Shown: one piece after another, positions 1 through 10,490 of the stretch | Position numbering within the stretch: position 1 is the first letter of the stretch | Layout of the letters: each line of letters begins with the position of its first letter | Assembly (NCBI RefSeq): GCF_009834535.1 | Contig: NC_045696.1 | Location: forward strand, 114,702,001-114,766,000 | Length of the DNA: 64,000 nt | From: Camelus ferus | Taxonomy: Eukaryota | Direction: 5' to 3' | The notes under the pieces: model-generated | Databases searched by the model: none | Seen by the model: only the letters and a program-made list of their open reading frames with translations | Told to the model about the DNA's origin: nothing | Made by a program: the position numbers and the translations under genes

Positions 1-1033
1 CTAAATACAAACCAGAGGAGAGAGCATTGTATGGCTGTGCTTTTTAGATGAGGATCTTGGTAGACTCTTAGAGATTTTAAAATGCAGTGCATTTGTTTGG
101 CTAAACCAAAGTTGCTATTTTTGTGGCAGACAAGCAATTCTGGTTACTTTGCATCCCTCTTTTATAACCTGGGTAGTTCTTTTATCAGGCTAATTAACTT
201 TTTAATTAAACTTTTTATTTTGAGATAATTGTAGGTACACATGCACTTGTAAGAAATGATACTAATGACTGTTTGCAGATGCCAGTGGAGCATTGTGAAT
301 AAGAGTATGTGCTGAGTCAGAGAGAAGCAGGTCTGCTGAATCTGATCTAAGACCTCCTAGTTATGGGATCTTCGGGAGCCCCACTGAAAGTGAAATGTGA
401 AAAATAATTTAGACCTCTCAGCATGACTTCAGATGCACTCAGGGTGTAGTGTGCACCCGCCACTTACTAAACAGTGATTATTATTAAAGCATCTTTAAAG
501 TGTTGTGATGAACTTTAGTTTCTTTGTTTTTTATTTTTAGTTTTTGTTTTAAATCACAGAAGAATACATCTCCCACATGGCAAAACACAACGGAAAATAC
601 CCAACATTTATACATTTAAAATGAGTATTGATTCCCTTTCTTTAAAAGAGGCTCTAATTACATATGAAAAAACTCAAAATGTTTATCTTTTAAGAAATAT
701 TACCTCTGGCGGTATTGTTACTTGAATATATGGTTATCTTCTCTATTGAATTATAAAGTCTATGAAGATAATGGCTAAATAGTATCTTGCACAGTGTGTC
801 CTCAACAAATATTAATTGAATTAAGGTTTACCCAAGGTTTACTAAGGCTCAAATCTATAGCTTACACAAATAGGTTTGTCTTGGGCTAGTGCTCTGAATG
901 CTCATAGTTTGGACTTTGACTGATTATGAAGAATATTTTTCATGGTCAGTATTTTATTAAGATGTCATCCACACTTGGGTCCAAGGGTGCATACTTAAAC
1001 ACGTGGGTAGCGCCAAACCTAACGGGTTAGCTG

Positions 1034-1063
1034 CACACACACACACACACACACGCACACACA
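1034..1063. repeat. (CA)n microsatellite
   Basis: About 15 CA units with one CG interruption. Confidence 0.95.
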
Positions 1064-2151
1064 GACATTACTGAGGGATTTCCCAACCACACACTCTTTC
1101 TTTTTCCTTTTTTCTAAATACTGAATTTCAAGTGAAAAGACGTAAAATAATGCAAAGTAGAGACACAATTATAAATAAAAATGACGCCAATGTGCTGAAG
1201 CTGTTGGGTGTGTGTGTGTGTGTTTGTGTTAGTGTCATCCATAAATAAGAAAAAATAATTTACATATAAACAGCTTGGCCTCAAGTCATGGGTAAAATGC
1301 ATTGAACATCCAGAACTTAAGCATTGTGGATTCACAGGATAAGAGAGGATTTCTGTAGTTTCTACTGAACATTTTGTGATTTTATCCAAAGCAATTGAAC
1401 TGAACTCAAGTGTGTGAAATTTTGCTCAACATAGCCAAGTTTTAGTTCACATTTTACACAATTGCATTATTATTACTTTTCCACTCTTGTTTGGTTATCT
1501 TTGGCCTCTCTCTTACAGTGCTATGCATGTTTTACACCTTATATTTTTAATGGATTAATGCCCTACCCTATAATTCAGAAAATTAAAAGAAAAATACACC
1601 CATGCCTAGAAGGTGATAGAAGTTGGTGCTTCTGAATACATGATCGTCATCTTCATTTCATTCTCATAATAAGTGTGGTTAGGCTAGACTGTAAATACTA
1701 CTTTGGAAACCACAGGAGCACTCAGACGTCCTCTTGATTCACTGTCCAGTGCATTTATTATCTTTCCCCAATCCCTGGTCCTATATGACTTCCGATTTTT
1801 AAGATGAGGGATGCCAGAAACACTAAAACATTGGGTTTGGTCCCAGAAATGTCAAACCTCATAAAAGATGTTTTACAAAATATGTTCAGTTGTGTTATCT
1901 TGTTTGTTTCTCACCCTTGAAGGGTAAATGCTCAGTGCATGCTGGGTAAGGATGGTGGATCTCACCGGAGCCCCAGTGAAGAGACAGGGAAGTTCAAGTG
2001 ATTACTCAGAGCATGTCACTGCCACTAAATCTCCGAACTTCTAGCTCCGCACTGAGCAGTCTTTCTGTTACACCACAGTTTTTCTAAACAGGGGGTCCTG
2101 GTACCGCCATGTGTTTGCACCAACAGCGAACATGGTGAATGGGTAACTCAC

Positions 2152-2510
2152 ATTGTAATTATTCCTGGTTCAGCTTGGAGCTCTTCTGCTGCTGCTGCTG
2201 CTGCTGTTCAGAGAGCATTTGCTCACTCACCCCTCCAAGGACTCCTTCCATTCTTGAAGCATTTATATGGCGCGCTGGGCTCCATTCTAATACTCCACCT
2301 CCTAAGGTTAATAAATCCTATTTTTATGCCTTTGAGAAATCTACAGTCTGGTGGAGGAGTCACAGACTCCTGAATTTCAAGCAAATGTGAACCTAAAAGA
2401 AGACTGATTAGATAAGTAAGATAGTAAGGTTGGTTAAGTGCTTGAGTCATACATGTAACAAACAGTTGGCATTTGCTGTGGATGGAATCATTCACTCTCA
2501 GATAACGCCC
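2152..2510 (-). promoter_or_regulatory. Candidate minus-strand TATA promoter with short non-coding first exon
   Basis: TATAAAT on - strand at 2261-2267 and a GTGAGT donor at 2151-2146. Upstream are an HNF1-like half site (GGTTAATAAAT ~2306), TTTTATG ~2323 and GATA motifs ~2410-2420 and ~2500. Motif evidence only. Confidence 0.25.
2186..2206. repeat. (CTG)7 trinucleotide repeat
   Basis: Seven perfect CTG units. Confidence 0.95.
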
Positions 2511-2565
2511 AGGGTAAACAGCTCTATGCCGTTAGGTCGTGTGACAACTAGCTGGGTCTCACGCC

Positions 2566-2951
2566 TGCATTAGTTTGTAAGGCTGCCGTGACAAAGCGCC
2601 ACAGCCTGAGTGGCTTAGACAACAGGACTTTATTCTCTCGCCGTTCTAGAAGCCAGAGGTCTGAGATCAAGGTGTCGGCAGGGTTGGTTTCTTTGAGGTC
2701 TCTTTCCCCGGCCTGTAGATGTCTGCTCTCTCCCTGTGTCTTCACATGGTTTTCCCTCGGTCTGTGTCCTAATTTCCTCTTCTTAGAAGGACACCGGTCA
2801 TATCAGATTAAAGCCCACCCTAATGACCTCATTCTAACTTAATTACTTCTTAAAAGCCTCTTTCTCCTAATATAATCACAGTCTGAGGCAATGGGGGTTA
2901 AAGCTTCTATGTATGAATTTGGGTTGGGGGCACATAACTCTTTCCATAACA
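2566..2951 (-). mobile_element. MaLR solo LTR (MLT1A/B/C-like)
   Basis: TG...CA ends. Diagnostic text: tgcattagttt..ggctgccgtgacaaag..ccacagcctgagtggctta, ctgagatcaaggtgtcggcagggttggtt, cccaccctaatgacctcatt. Confidence 0.9.
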
Positions 2952-3338
2952 GTGCTATCCTAACAATGGGCTTATATTATTTTTTTAAAAAGCTTGTTAC
3001 AGAACCAACTAGTTGCCTCTTTTCTCCTATTACTGTAAGCCCCGTAGACGATACACACCAGGTCAAGAACATACCGTATGTTATTAATGCTTTCACTGGA
3101 GACCTGATTTAGATTTCATACAGGTTGTAGCCATCTCAGAATTCCAGAAATGGAGGTACTGTAATTTCTTCTGGAAATTTTAGATGAAAAGAGACACAGC
3201 GATCATGATGCAGGCAAGCTCTAGATTTTGTACCTTCCATTGTTATCCAGCCTCGTTATTTGGGTGGTGGGTGAGTTTATAAAAATAAGACACTTAGACT
3301 TTATTTATATGCAAAATTTAAGTTTATTATTGGAGAGA

Positions 3339-3344
<6 letters not shown>

Positions 3345-3374
<30 letters not shown>
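3345..3374. repeat. (AC)15 microsatellite
   Basis: Perfect AC run. Confidence 0.95.
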
Positions 3375-3376
<2 letters not shown>

Positions 3377-4559
3377 ATATGAGTGTGGTCTTTGAAATAT
3401 TTGCTTCTAAGATTTTATGGTGTTTCCTCCATTCTCATCCTTAGGTGAATTCTGTGTTGATATGGCGTGCATAAAATTACACGGCCTTCTTATCATTTTA
3501 TAAATGTACAGACAATCTAACCTAACCTTTCTAATGACACTACCAGGTAGAAGAATCTATTTTCATTTGGCTTCCAACTCAGCTTTTGATTTTGTCAAGC
3601 AGTAAATGGTCTAAATTTTTACTGCCAAGTCTGATTGCTTGGGAACTTTGCAGTCTTTCTACTGTTAGCTAGTCTTTCCTGAAACTGACTCAGTATCAAT
3701 GTTACTTTTTCTTCCTGCGGGGCTACTGATCCAGTGCAGTTTATTATTATGACTCTAGGAGAGACTTTTGGACTTCAGTTCAGAGCTACGTAGATCAAAA
3801 CTCGGGGAGTGGCATCTTTCTTCCCTGCAGTGGTTTGACCTAAAATAACTGTGTTCCGATGCTACCAGTGATATATTTTCCTGTAAATTGTAGTTTCTTT
3901 CCAATCTAGTTTTTCAAAATCCAAGATAAATTTAATTAAATGCATTATTTAAGGGTGAGTGATTAATATACAGACAATAATATTGTGGGCCAAACCATAT
4001 GATTTTACTCTGTAGCTGAAAATGAGATAGATTTTGAAAAGGGTAATGAAAAAATGATACATAGTAGACAATGTACTGTGTCTCTCTGTCTTGTCATCAT
4101 ATTCCTTTTTGCAAAATCTTACCCTAACACTTGAAATTTTACTCGTTTTTCAACATTATGTTAGGTGGTATTAAAAATCTCAAATAGTCATTGCCTCAGA
4201 TGGAAACTTGGTTTTTGCCTTGCCTTACTAGCATATTAACAACATCTGAATGATCATAAACCAGAACAGAATGAAAAGTAGCATTATGACTGGAGTGGAA
4301 CACCCCGGTGGAGGGGAAAAAAAGGAAATTTCCATTTCTTTTTAAAGTCGGAAAAAGTGTTGGATTGTATTTAAAATTTACACGTTTGAAAACTACCTGG
4401 TTGTTTTCAGTTTTCAAGATTAGTGTAAAATGCGCTGGGTTCCTTTTGAGATGGGGAAAGAGAATGGGGTTTTAAAAATAAGTATATGAAATGGCACTTA
4501 ACCCTTTGAAGACCCTAAGTGGTTTACAGGATGCCTGTAAATGGTACCTAAGTGTCAGT

Positions 4560-4785
4560 GTCCACAGTCTGGGTTTGAATTAAAGTTAAAGCTTCATCAC
4601 CTACTAGATTTGTTTCATTGGACACATTTGTTTGCACTCATTAAACTTCAGTTTTCTTCCTAGTGTAATGGGATAATAATAATTTGTAACTCATGAAGGC
4701 TTTCTTGGGATAAAGTGAGAGAATGAATATAAAAGCCCTTCACATATTTGATGCAGAGCAAATGTTCTATAAATGTATGATTCTT
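4560..4785 (+). mobile_element. MIR SINE
   Basis: ctgggtttgaat..., core cttcagttttcttc..tgtaatgggataataata, and 3' part aaatgttctataaatgt. Confidence 0.75.
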
Positions 4786-5114
4786 ATTAAAACCTTTCAG
4801 AGCAGAGTGAAGGGAGATATTTCTGAGTCTAGTGCCTCAAATAAGCCAGACTCTCTTTTCTTCCAACAAATAAGTCATCATTTGTCTTTCATGCAAATAT
4901 TTTTGGCGAAAGTAATGAGTTTTTCTTTGAGGCAAAAAGTGGATCCTATTTTTTGAGCTGAATAAAGTGGTAGACGTGAATTTATAGGGAGCCTGGCTTA
5001 TAAATTAAGTCATTCTGTAAGCGCAAAGGCTAATGGGAGTAGGAAATATGAAATAAATGCTGGTATGCAAGAGGATGCCAAGGGAGGCATGCCGACATTC
5101 AATTTCCATGTGCA

Positions 5115-5540
5115 GCCCATTGCAGTTGGGCTTCTTGGGAAGCAGACTCTAGGAGGAGATTAGTGTGCATGGAGTTTACTGGGGTTCAACACGTGGTGGG
5201 GGAGGGAAGACAGCAGGACTGGAACCAGGGAGAAGCTGGGTTATGAAGCAGTCACACAAAGAGCTCAGCCAAACCATGAGCTCTAGAATGGGGGTGGCCC
5301 AGACGTACCCTAAGTCGGTGCAAGAGTCCAAACTATATCCCCACCTTGGCCAGTCATTGGATACTGACTGTCCTGTAAAGGGGACATGACCTTGGGCCAG
5401 GAAGCTCTCTCCACCTGAGCAAAATAACTGGGGAGGAATGACAGCTGCGTGTCAACCAGTAGAATTTCTAGAAGCTGAAAAATGAAGTCCTTTAATCCTG
5501 CAGGGGGATCTGGGTGGTACAGCCTAGAGCCCACAACACA
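5115..5540 (-). mobile_element. ERVL solo LTR (LTR16-like)
   Basis: gggaagcagactct..ggagattagtgtgcatggagtttactgggg..cagcaggactgg..agggagaagctg resembles LTR16-family antisense text. Confidence 0.7.
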
Positions 5541-6162
5541 GTCACTCTTCTGTACGTAATTGTTGTATTCTCCTCTTATATAAGTTATATTAAGTGCCTA
5601 TTTATTTGGTTGGATTGAAAACCCCACGCCAGCAGGAATGAGCGTGGCTCATGTGTATTCATTGGCTAAAAGGGTACTTGGGACATTGTGGTCTCTTGAA
5701 GTCATAAAAAGTAGTCCAAAATCTTTAATGAAAGAATTTGAAGCCTTCATATTATAAAAATAAGGATTTTACTCCATGTGTAATGGGGCAAGTAATTACA
5801 TACTTTTTAATCATTGGACAAGTAGGTGCTTTTAGTTTTGAAGTCCAAAGACATTTATTCTTGTTAAGGCAGACTGAGGAGTTGGGAACTTCATGCTCTG
5901 TATCTAGTAAGATCTAGTAGGGAAATTACCTGGACAGTAAAATAATTGGGTTAACAGAGAACTGCAAATGTGATGCACAATAAAAACAATAAAGCCATCA
6001 ATCATTATTCATGTGGTTTACACTTATTGCTATTATTGTTGTTGCTATTACTATTATAGCTAATAGTGTATCACATGGCCAGCATTTTTAGAATAACAGC
6101 GTATAGGAAATACTATACCAGCTGGTCATAAACAAAATTACAACACCTCGTAGGAACTTGGA

Positions 6163-6325
6163 GCTAGTATTTCTCAAAAAAAAGGTCCCTGAGCCACAGA
6201 ATCACATGGGAATCGTGTGAAAGGAGGAGTTATGGGTCCAAAGCATCTCACTGAGGTAGAGTGGGCAACTGCATTTTGCAAAATCCCCCCAAGTCACTCT
6301 GATGCACATTAAAGTTTTAGATCGA
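6163..6325. mobile_element. MER5-type hAT-Charlie MITE, degraded
   Basis: agtatttctcaaa..cagaatcacatggg..ctgcatttt..ctgatgcacattaaagtttt. Confidence 0.6.
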
Positions 6326-6457
6326 GTGATGAGTTGCTGAGTTGATATACAGACCAGAGAAGGGAAAGCAGGGAAACATCACCAGCATTTATTCATCACC
6401 TGTTTGGTACCAGGACTGTGTTAGGGGTGATCTTTATTAGTTTTTGTTAATCCTAGC

Positions 6458-6458
<1 letters not shown>

Positions 6459-6490
<32 letters not shown>
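6459..6490. repeat. poly(A)32 tract within a probable L2 remnant
   Basis: 32 consecutive A. Flank catttattcatcacctgtttggtaccaggactgtgttagg resembles an antisense L2 3' end. Confidence 0.85.
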
Positions 6491-6491
<1 letters not shown>

Positions 6492-6891
6492 AAGAAGGCT
6501 GAAAGGTAGATGCTGTTATCCTTGCTTTTAAAAGTAATACTGAGCTCAGAGGAATCAGTAGCCCTGGGGTTAGGAGTGAGTGGGGATGAAGTTCCAGTCC
6601 ATTTCCGACTCCAGAGCTCACGTGCATGCAAACATTCAGCAAAACTCAACAGACAAAATAGAGGAGTTTGTTACTCATCCTCACAGGGATAGTGCACAGT
6701 ACATCCGATAAGGTCGCTGAGAAATGGAATCTGTCTCTTCTGGGAGGGGGTCATGAGGAAGGAGAGCTGAGGTGGATCTTAACTTGTTGGAAAGTAGATA
6801 ACGAGAGAGAAGTAGAAATCTTCTCATTTGTTCAGCTTAAAAAAAAAAGAAAAAAACTAGAGGTGGTAAAATGTGATACATGCTCTGTGTT

Positions 6892-7055
6892 CTTGGTACT
6901 CAAAGTGTGGTCCACAGACTAGCAGTATCAGCATCACCCGTGAGCTTGTTCGAACGGACTCTCTGGCCACACCCCAGATCTGCTGAATCAGCACCTGCAT
7001 TCCGACAAGATCCCTGCGTGAGCTGATGCACACAGCACACTCGTGGATTGGTGTT
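6892..7055 (+). mobile_element. MER5A-like hAT MITE
   Basis: tactcaaagtgtggtccacagactagcagtatcagcatcacc..gagcttgtt..ccccagatctgctgaatcag. Confidence 0.85.
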
Positions 7056-7274
7056 GCTTAAACCAAGAGTATAAGTGAATTGTCAGCCAATATACATCTG
7101 AATCAGATAGTGAAGTACCTCTTCTTTAAGGCTAAGGTTTTAAGATTTTCACTATCTAATGCCTTGTTGAAATTCTAAAACATATAAGCTAAACAAGTTA
7201 GAAAAAATAGGAAAGAAAATGTTATTTATTGAGAAGACCATTTAAAAGAAGCAGCGGGAACAGTAATTACTAGG

Positions 7275-7465
7275 ACTGTCTTTCCTAAAGTGAAGTCCGG
7301 GGACCAGCAGCAGCATCACATGGAACTTGTCGAAATGCAGATTCCCTGGCTCCGCCCGCAGCTACTGAATTAGAAACTGTGGGGGTGGGGCCCGGCAATC
7401 TGTGTTTTAACAAGCCCACCAGAGGATCTCAGTGTAGTACATGCATGTATAAAAACCCTTGTACT
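7275..7465 (+). mobile_element. MER5A hAT MITE
   Basis: ggaccagcagcagcatcacatggaacttgtcgaaatgcagatt..tactgaattagaaactgtgggggtggggccc..aatctgtgttttaacaagccc. Confidence 0.9.
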
Positions 7466-7529
7466 AGGGGGCACTAAATGTGACATTATTTCCTGATGAA
7501 AAGAAAAATAGTAAAATATTCTAAGTGTT

Positions 7530-7990
7530 TGCATTCCGTGTGCGTAGATGCAAGCCTAGAAGCTGGCTTTAGTTAACCTAAGCCGGAAGAGAGTTTATTA
7601 GCAGGGTACTGGGGGGCTCATAGAATCAGTGAGATCACAGGGCAATGAGGTGAAGGAAATTGGCAAAACCAAGGGTGTCAGAGAACCTGGCTCAGGTCAA
7701 GTCACAGGTACAATCATTAGGATGCTCCAAGGGTCCTGCCACAGACACCGTTGCCAGTGGACGTGTTCTGCTGCTCCCGATAGGATGTCTGTAACTAGTT
7801 AGGGACCTGGTTGGTCTGTTGGTCCCTTCAGTTCCAAAATCCGGGGCAGGAATCTGATTGGCTGAGCTGAAGTCACATGCTCAACTCCAGATCCACAGAA
7901 GAAAGGGAGGGTATATCTGTACACCTTTGGCTTCCACAGTGAAAAATTCCATAAAATGAGACAGATGTGCCAAAATTATTGCTGAGTTGT
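7530..7990 (-). mobile_element. Old MaLR LTR (MLT1K/L-like)
   Basis: gatgcaagc..taacctaagccggaagagagtttatt..gctcatagaatc and atctgattggctgagctgaagtcacatgctc. Confidence 0.55.
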
Positions 7991-8051
7991 ATTGTTGTTT
8001 TGTTTTTCTGTTTAGTGAATGGTTTCGAAGATACTGATTTTTTTCCTCCAT

Positions 8052-8372
8052 CTTTTTTGAAGTATAATGGACAAAAAATATTGTTTATCCTTAAGGTGTA
8101 CAGATTGTAGTTTTGATATCCATTATGAAGTAATTGCCACAATGGAGCTAATTAGCATATCCATCACTTCACATATTTACCATTTTCTTTTCTTGCGTGT
8201 GTGTGGTAAGAACACTTAAGTTCTACCTTCTTAGCAAATACCAAGTGCACAGCATGATAAGTTAGCTATATTCACATTGCTGAGCGTAAGGTCTCTAAAG
8301 CTATTCATCTTGCATAACTGAGACTTTCGTACCCCGTGCCCAATCGACATCTCTCTGTTTCCTCCTTCCCCC
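8052..8372 (-). mobile_element. L1 3' UTR (L1MA9-like), antisense
   Basis: ttttttgaagtataatggaca..gctaattagcatatccatcac..gtaagaacacttaag..ttcatcttgcataactgagacttt. Confidence 0.85.
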
Positions 8373-8668
8373 AGAAAAATAAGTAAAAGGTATCCAAATC
8401 CAAAAGGAAGAAGTAAAATTATCTCTGTGTTGCAGGTGACTTGATTACATACGTGGCAAACTCTAAAACTTAACAGGAATACTTGAAACTGATAAACAAA
8501 TTCAGTGAAGTTGCAGGATGCAAAATCAGTATGCAAAAATAAGTTGTGTTTCTATACACAAATAATAAATGATCCAAAAAGGAAAACAATCCCATTTACA
8601 ATAGCAGCAAAAAGAATAAAATTAAAGTTAAGAATCAACTTAACAAAGAAGCGAAAGACTTGTACTGA
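8373..8668 (+). mobile_element. L1 ORF2 RT-region fragment, degraded
   Basis: Residual coding text K-E-E-V-K-L-S-L, L-I-N-K-F-S-E-V-A-G-C-K-I, TIPFTIAAKRIK..INLTK, with frameshifts. Confidence 0.9.
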
Positions 8669-8707
8669 TGGTTTTAATAACGGGTCATTGACGCATCTCT
8701 TTATACA

Positions 8708-8987
8708 AATACTGTCAAATAGAAATAAAATACAATCTATGTTTAGGTTTTTATTAGCCACATTATAAAAAGGAAATGTTAATAATTTATTTAACCAACT
8801 AGTGTCCAAAAATGTATTATTGTAACATAAAGTCAATATAAAATTATTAATGAGATACATGATTTTTTTCTTATTATGTCTTTGAAATCAACTGTATGTG
8901 TGGCACTTAACAGCACATCTCAATTTGGACTGGTCATATATCAAGTTCGCAGTAGCTATGTGGAGCTAATTGCTACCATTAGACAGA
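8708..8987. mobile_element. MER33-like hAT-Charlie element
   Basis: ctgtcaaatagaaata..tagccacatt..aatataaaattattaatgagata..cagcacatctcaatttggact..gctaccattagacag. Confidence 0.8.
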
Positions 8988-9629
8988 AATTTTAAATTAT
9001 TAGGCGTCTTTGATTGTGATTTGGAATATTCAGGGGGCTTTTCAGACAGAGGTCTCTTGGACATGTTCTTTACAAAAACATTTAGAGGACATGACTAAAT
9101 TGTAACCCAGTGAAGACATTTCTGCAAGTGCTAGATTATTGTGTCCCATATTCTTTGTCAGTGATCTAACATAATTCATGGAAGATCACGTGGGAACATA
9201 CAGGAGACTCAGTAGCTCAGCATTGCTTCTCTTTTCCCTTTCTTGCTTAAAAATCTCCAGCATCTGTATGTTACGTATAGGTTAAGATCTATTCTGCTAC
9301 AGAGATTTATTCTTGATGTAGATGTCATAGGATTCTTTCACAAATTATTGTGGAATTCCTGCGTTATATGTGAGTTTCTAATGGATTTATTGAGACAGAA
9401 GGAGAGGGAGACAATTCTACATGCAAGGAGAAAAGTCTGGAGACTCAGATTCATACAGTCTACCAGTAAACAATCCACAGAATTTGATTGTGGGTCTACT
9501 GGAGATATTAAAGCCGAAGGTAGGGCTGAGCTTTTGGCCTGAGTAACTAGTAAGATGAAATTATCAGTAGTCGTAATTAACTCAATCTTTTAATTAATTC
9601 ATTAAGAGTTTTCTATTCTAATGAAAGCG

Positions 9630-9728
9630 GATATCTGTGTGTATATGCATGACTGGGACATTGGGTTGTGCACCAGAGATTGATACATTGTAATTGACTG
9701 TACTTCAGTAAAATGTATTTTAAAAAAA
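9630..9728 (+). mobile_element. Short L1 3' end (camelid type)
   Basis: gtatatgcatgactgggacatt..tgtgcaccagagattgatacattgtaattgactgtacttca followed by an A-rich tail. Confidence 0.8.
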
Positions 9729-10292
9729 TTGCTCAATCTCCCTGAATGATCACAAGGGTCTCAGATACAGCCCAGGCACTTCAAATCTTTTAAAAAAAAA
9801 AAGAATTTTCTGTGCTAGAAGCTGAGGATATTACCATTTATTCGTAATAATAGCTGAAATTTATGGAGCACTTACTATGTGTCTGAAATTGATAAATGTG
9901 CTTTACAGGAAATAGTGTTGTTTTAAATCTTACACTGTATTAACACGTTAGGAGATAGTGAATGATAAGTGTAAGAGCTCAGAGTGTAACTTAGGAAGTT
10001 TGATTCCATTGGCAGTTGTGACACTGAGACTCATGACCAGCATACTTTACAGCCTCTAAAAGATATGACTGCATTTCTGTATAATGTTGACTTTTGTGGC
10101 ACTTCCCTCTAAAAATGAAAAGTAATGGGAGAGAAAGAAAAACAATGCCGCTTTTCCATCTAAATAATATATATTTTTTGGCTCATTTTGGATATCTGGT
10201 GTTGGTGGCACATCCAAGTGTTGCTTAACCTAACAGTGAGTTGAAAATACGGGACTGACCTCTGGAGACATCAGAGGAGGCCTTGTAGATGT

Positions 10293-10490
10293 GTTAGGTC
10301 AGCAAACTTTTTCTGTAAAAGGCCAGAAGGCAAATATTTTGGGCTTTCTGGGCTATCTGGTCTCTGCACCAACTTCTCAACTTTGTTCTTGTAGTGAAAG
10401 AAGCCCTAAGTTACGTGTCATAGATGGGTGTGATTGTGTCTTCAATCACATTCATCTGCAAAAGCTGATGGCAGGCCAGATCTGCGTGGC
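10293..10490 (+). mobile_element. MER58A-like hAT MITE
   Basis: ggtcagcaaactttttctgtaaaaggccaga..aaatattttgggcttt..tctcaactttgttcttgtagtg..ggcaggccagat. Confidence 0.85.

Noticed and set aside
2139..2390. Poly-Cys or poly-Gln protein
   Set aside because: Produced by the (CTG)7 repeat. The Gln frame stops 8 codons after the tract.
6459..6490. Poly(A) as tail of a processed pseudogene
   Set aside because: No TSD, polyA signal or mRNA-like body upstream. The same holds for the tract at 57533-57558.
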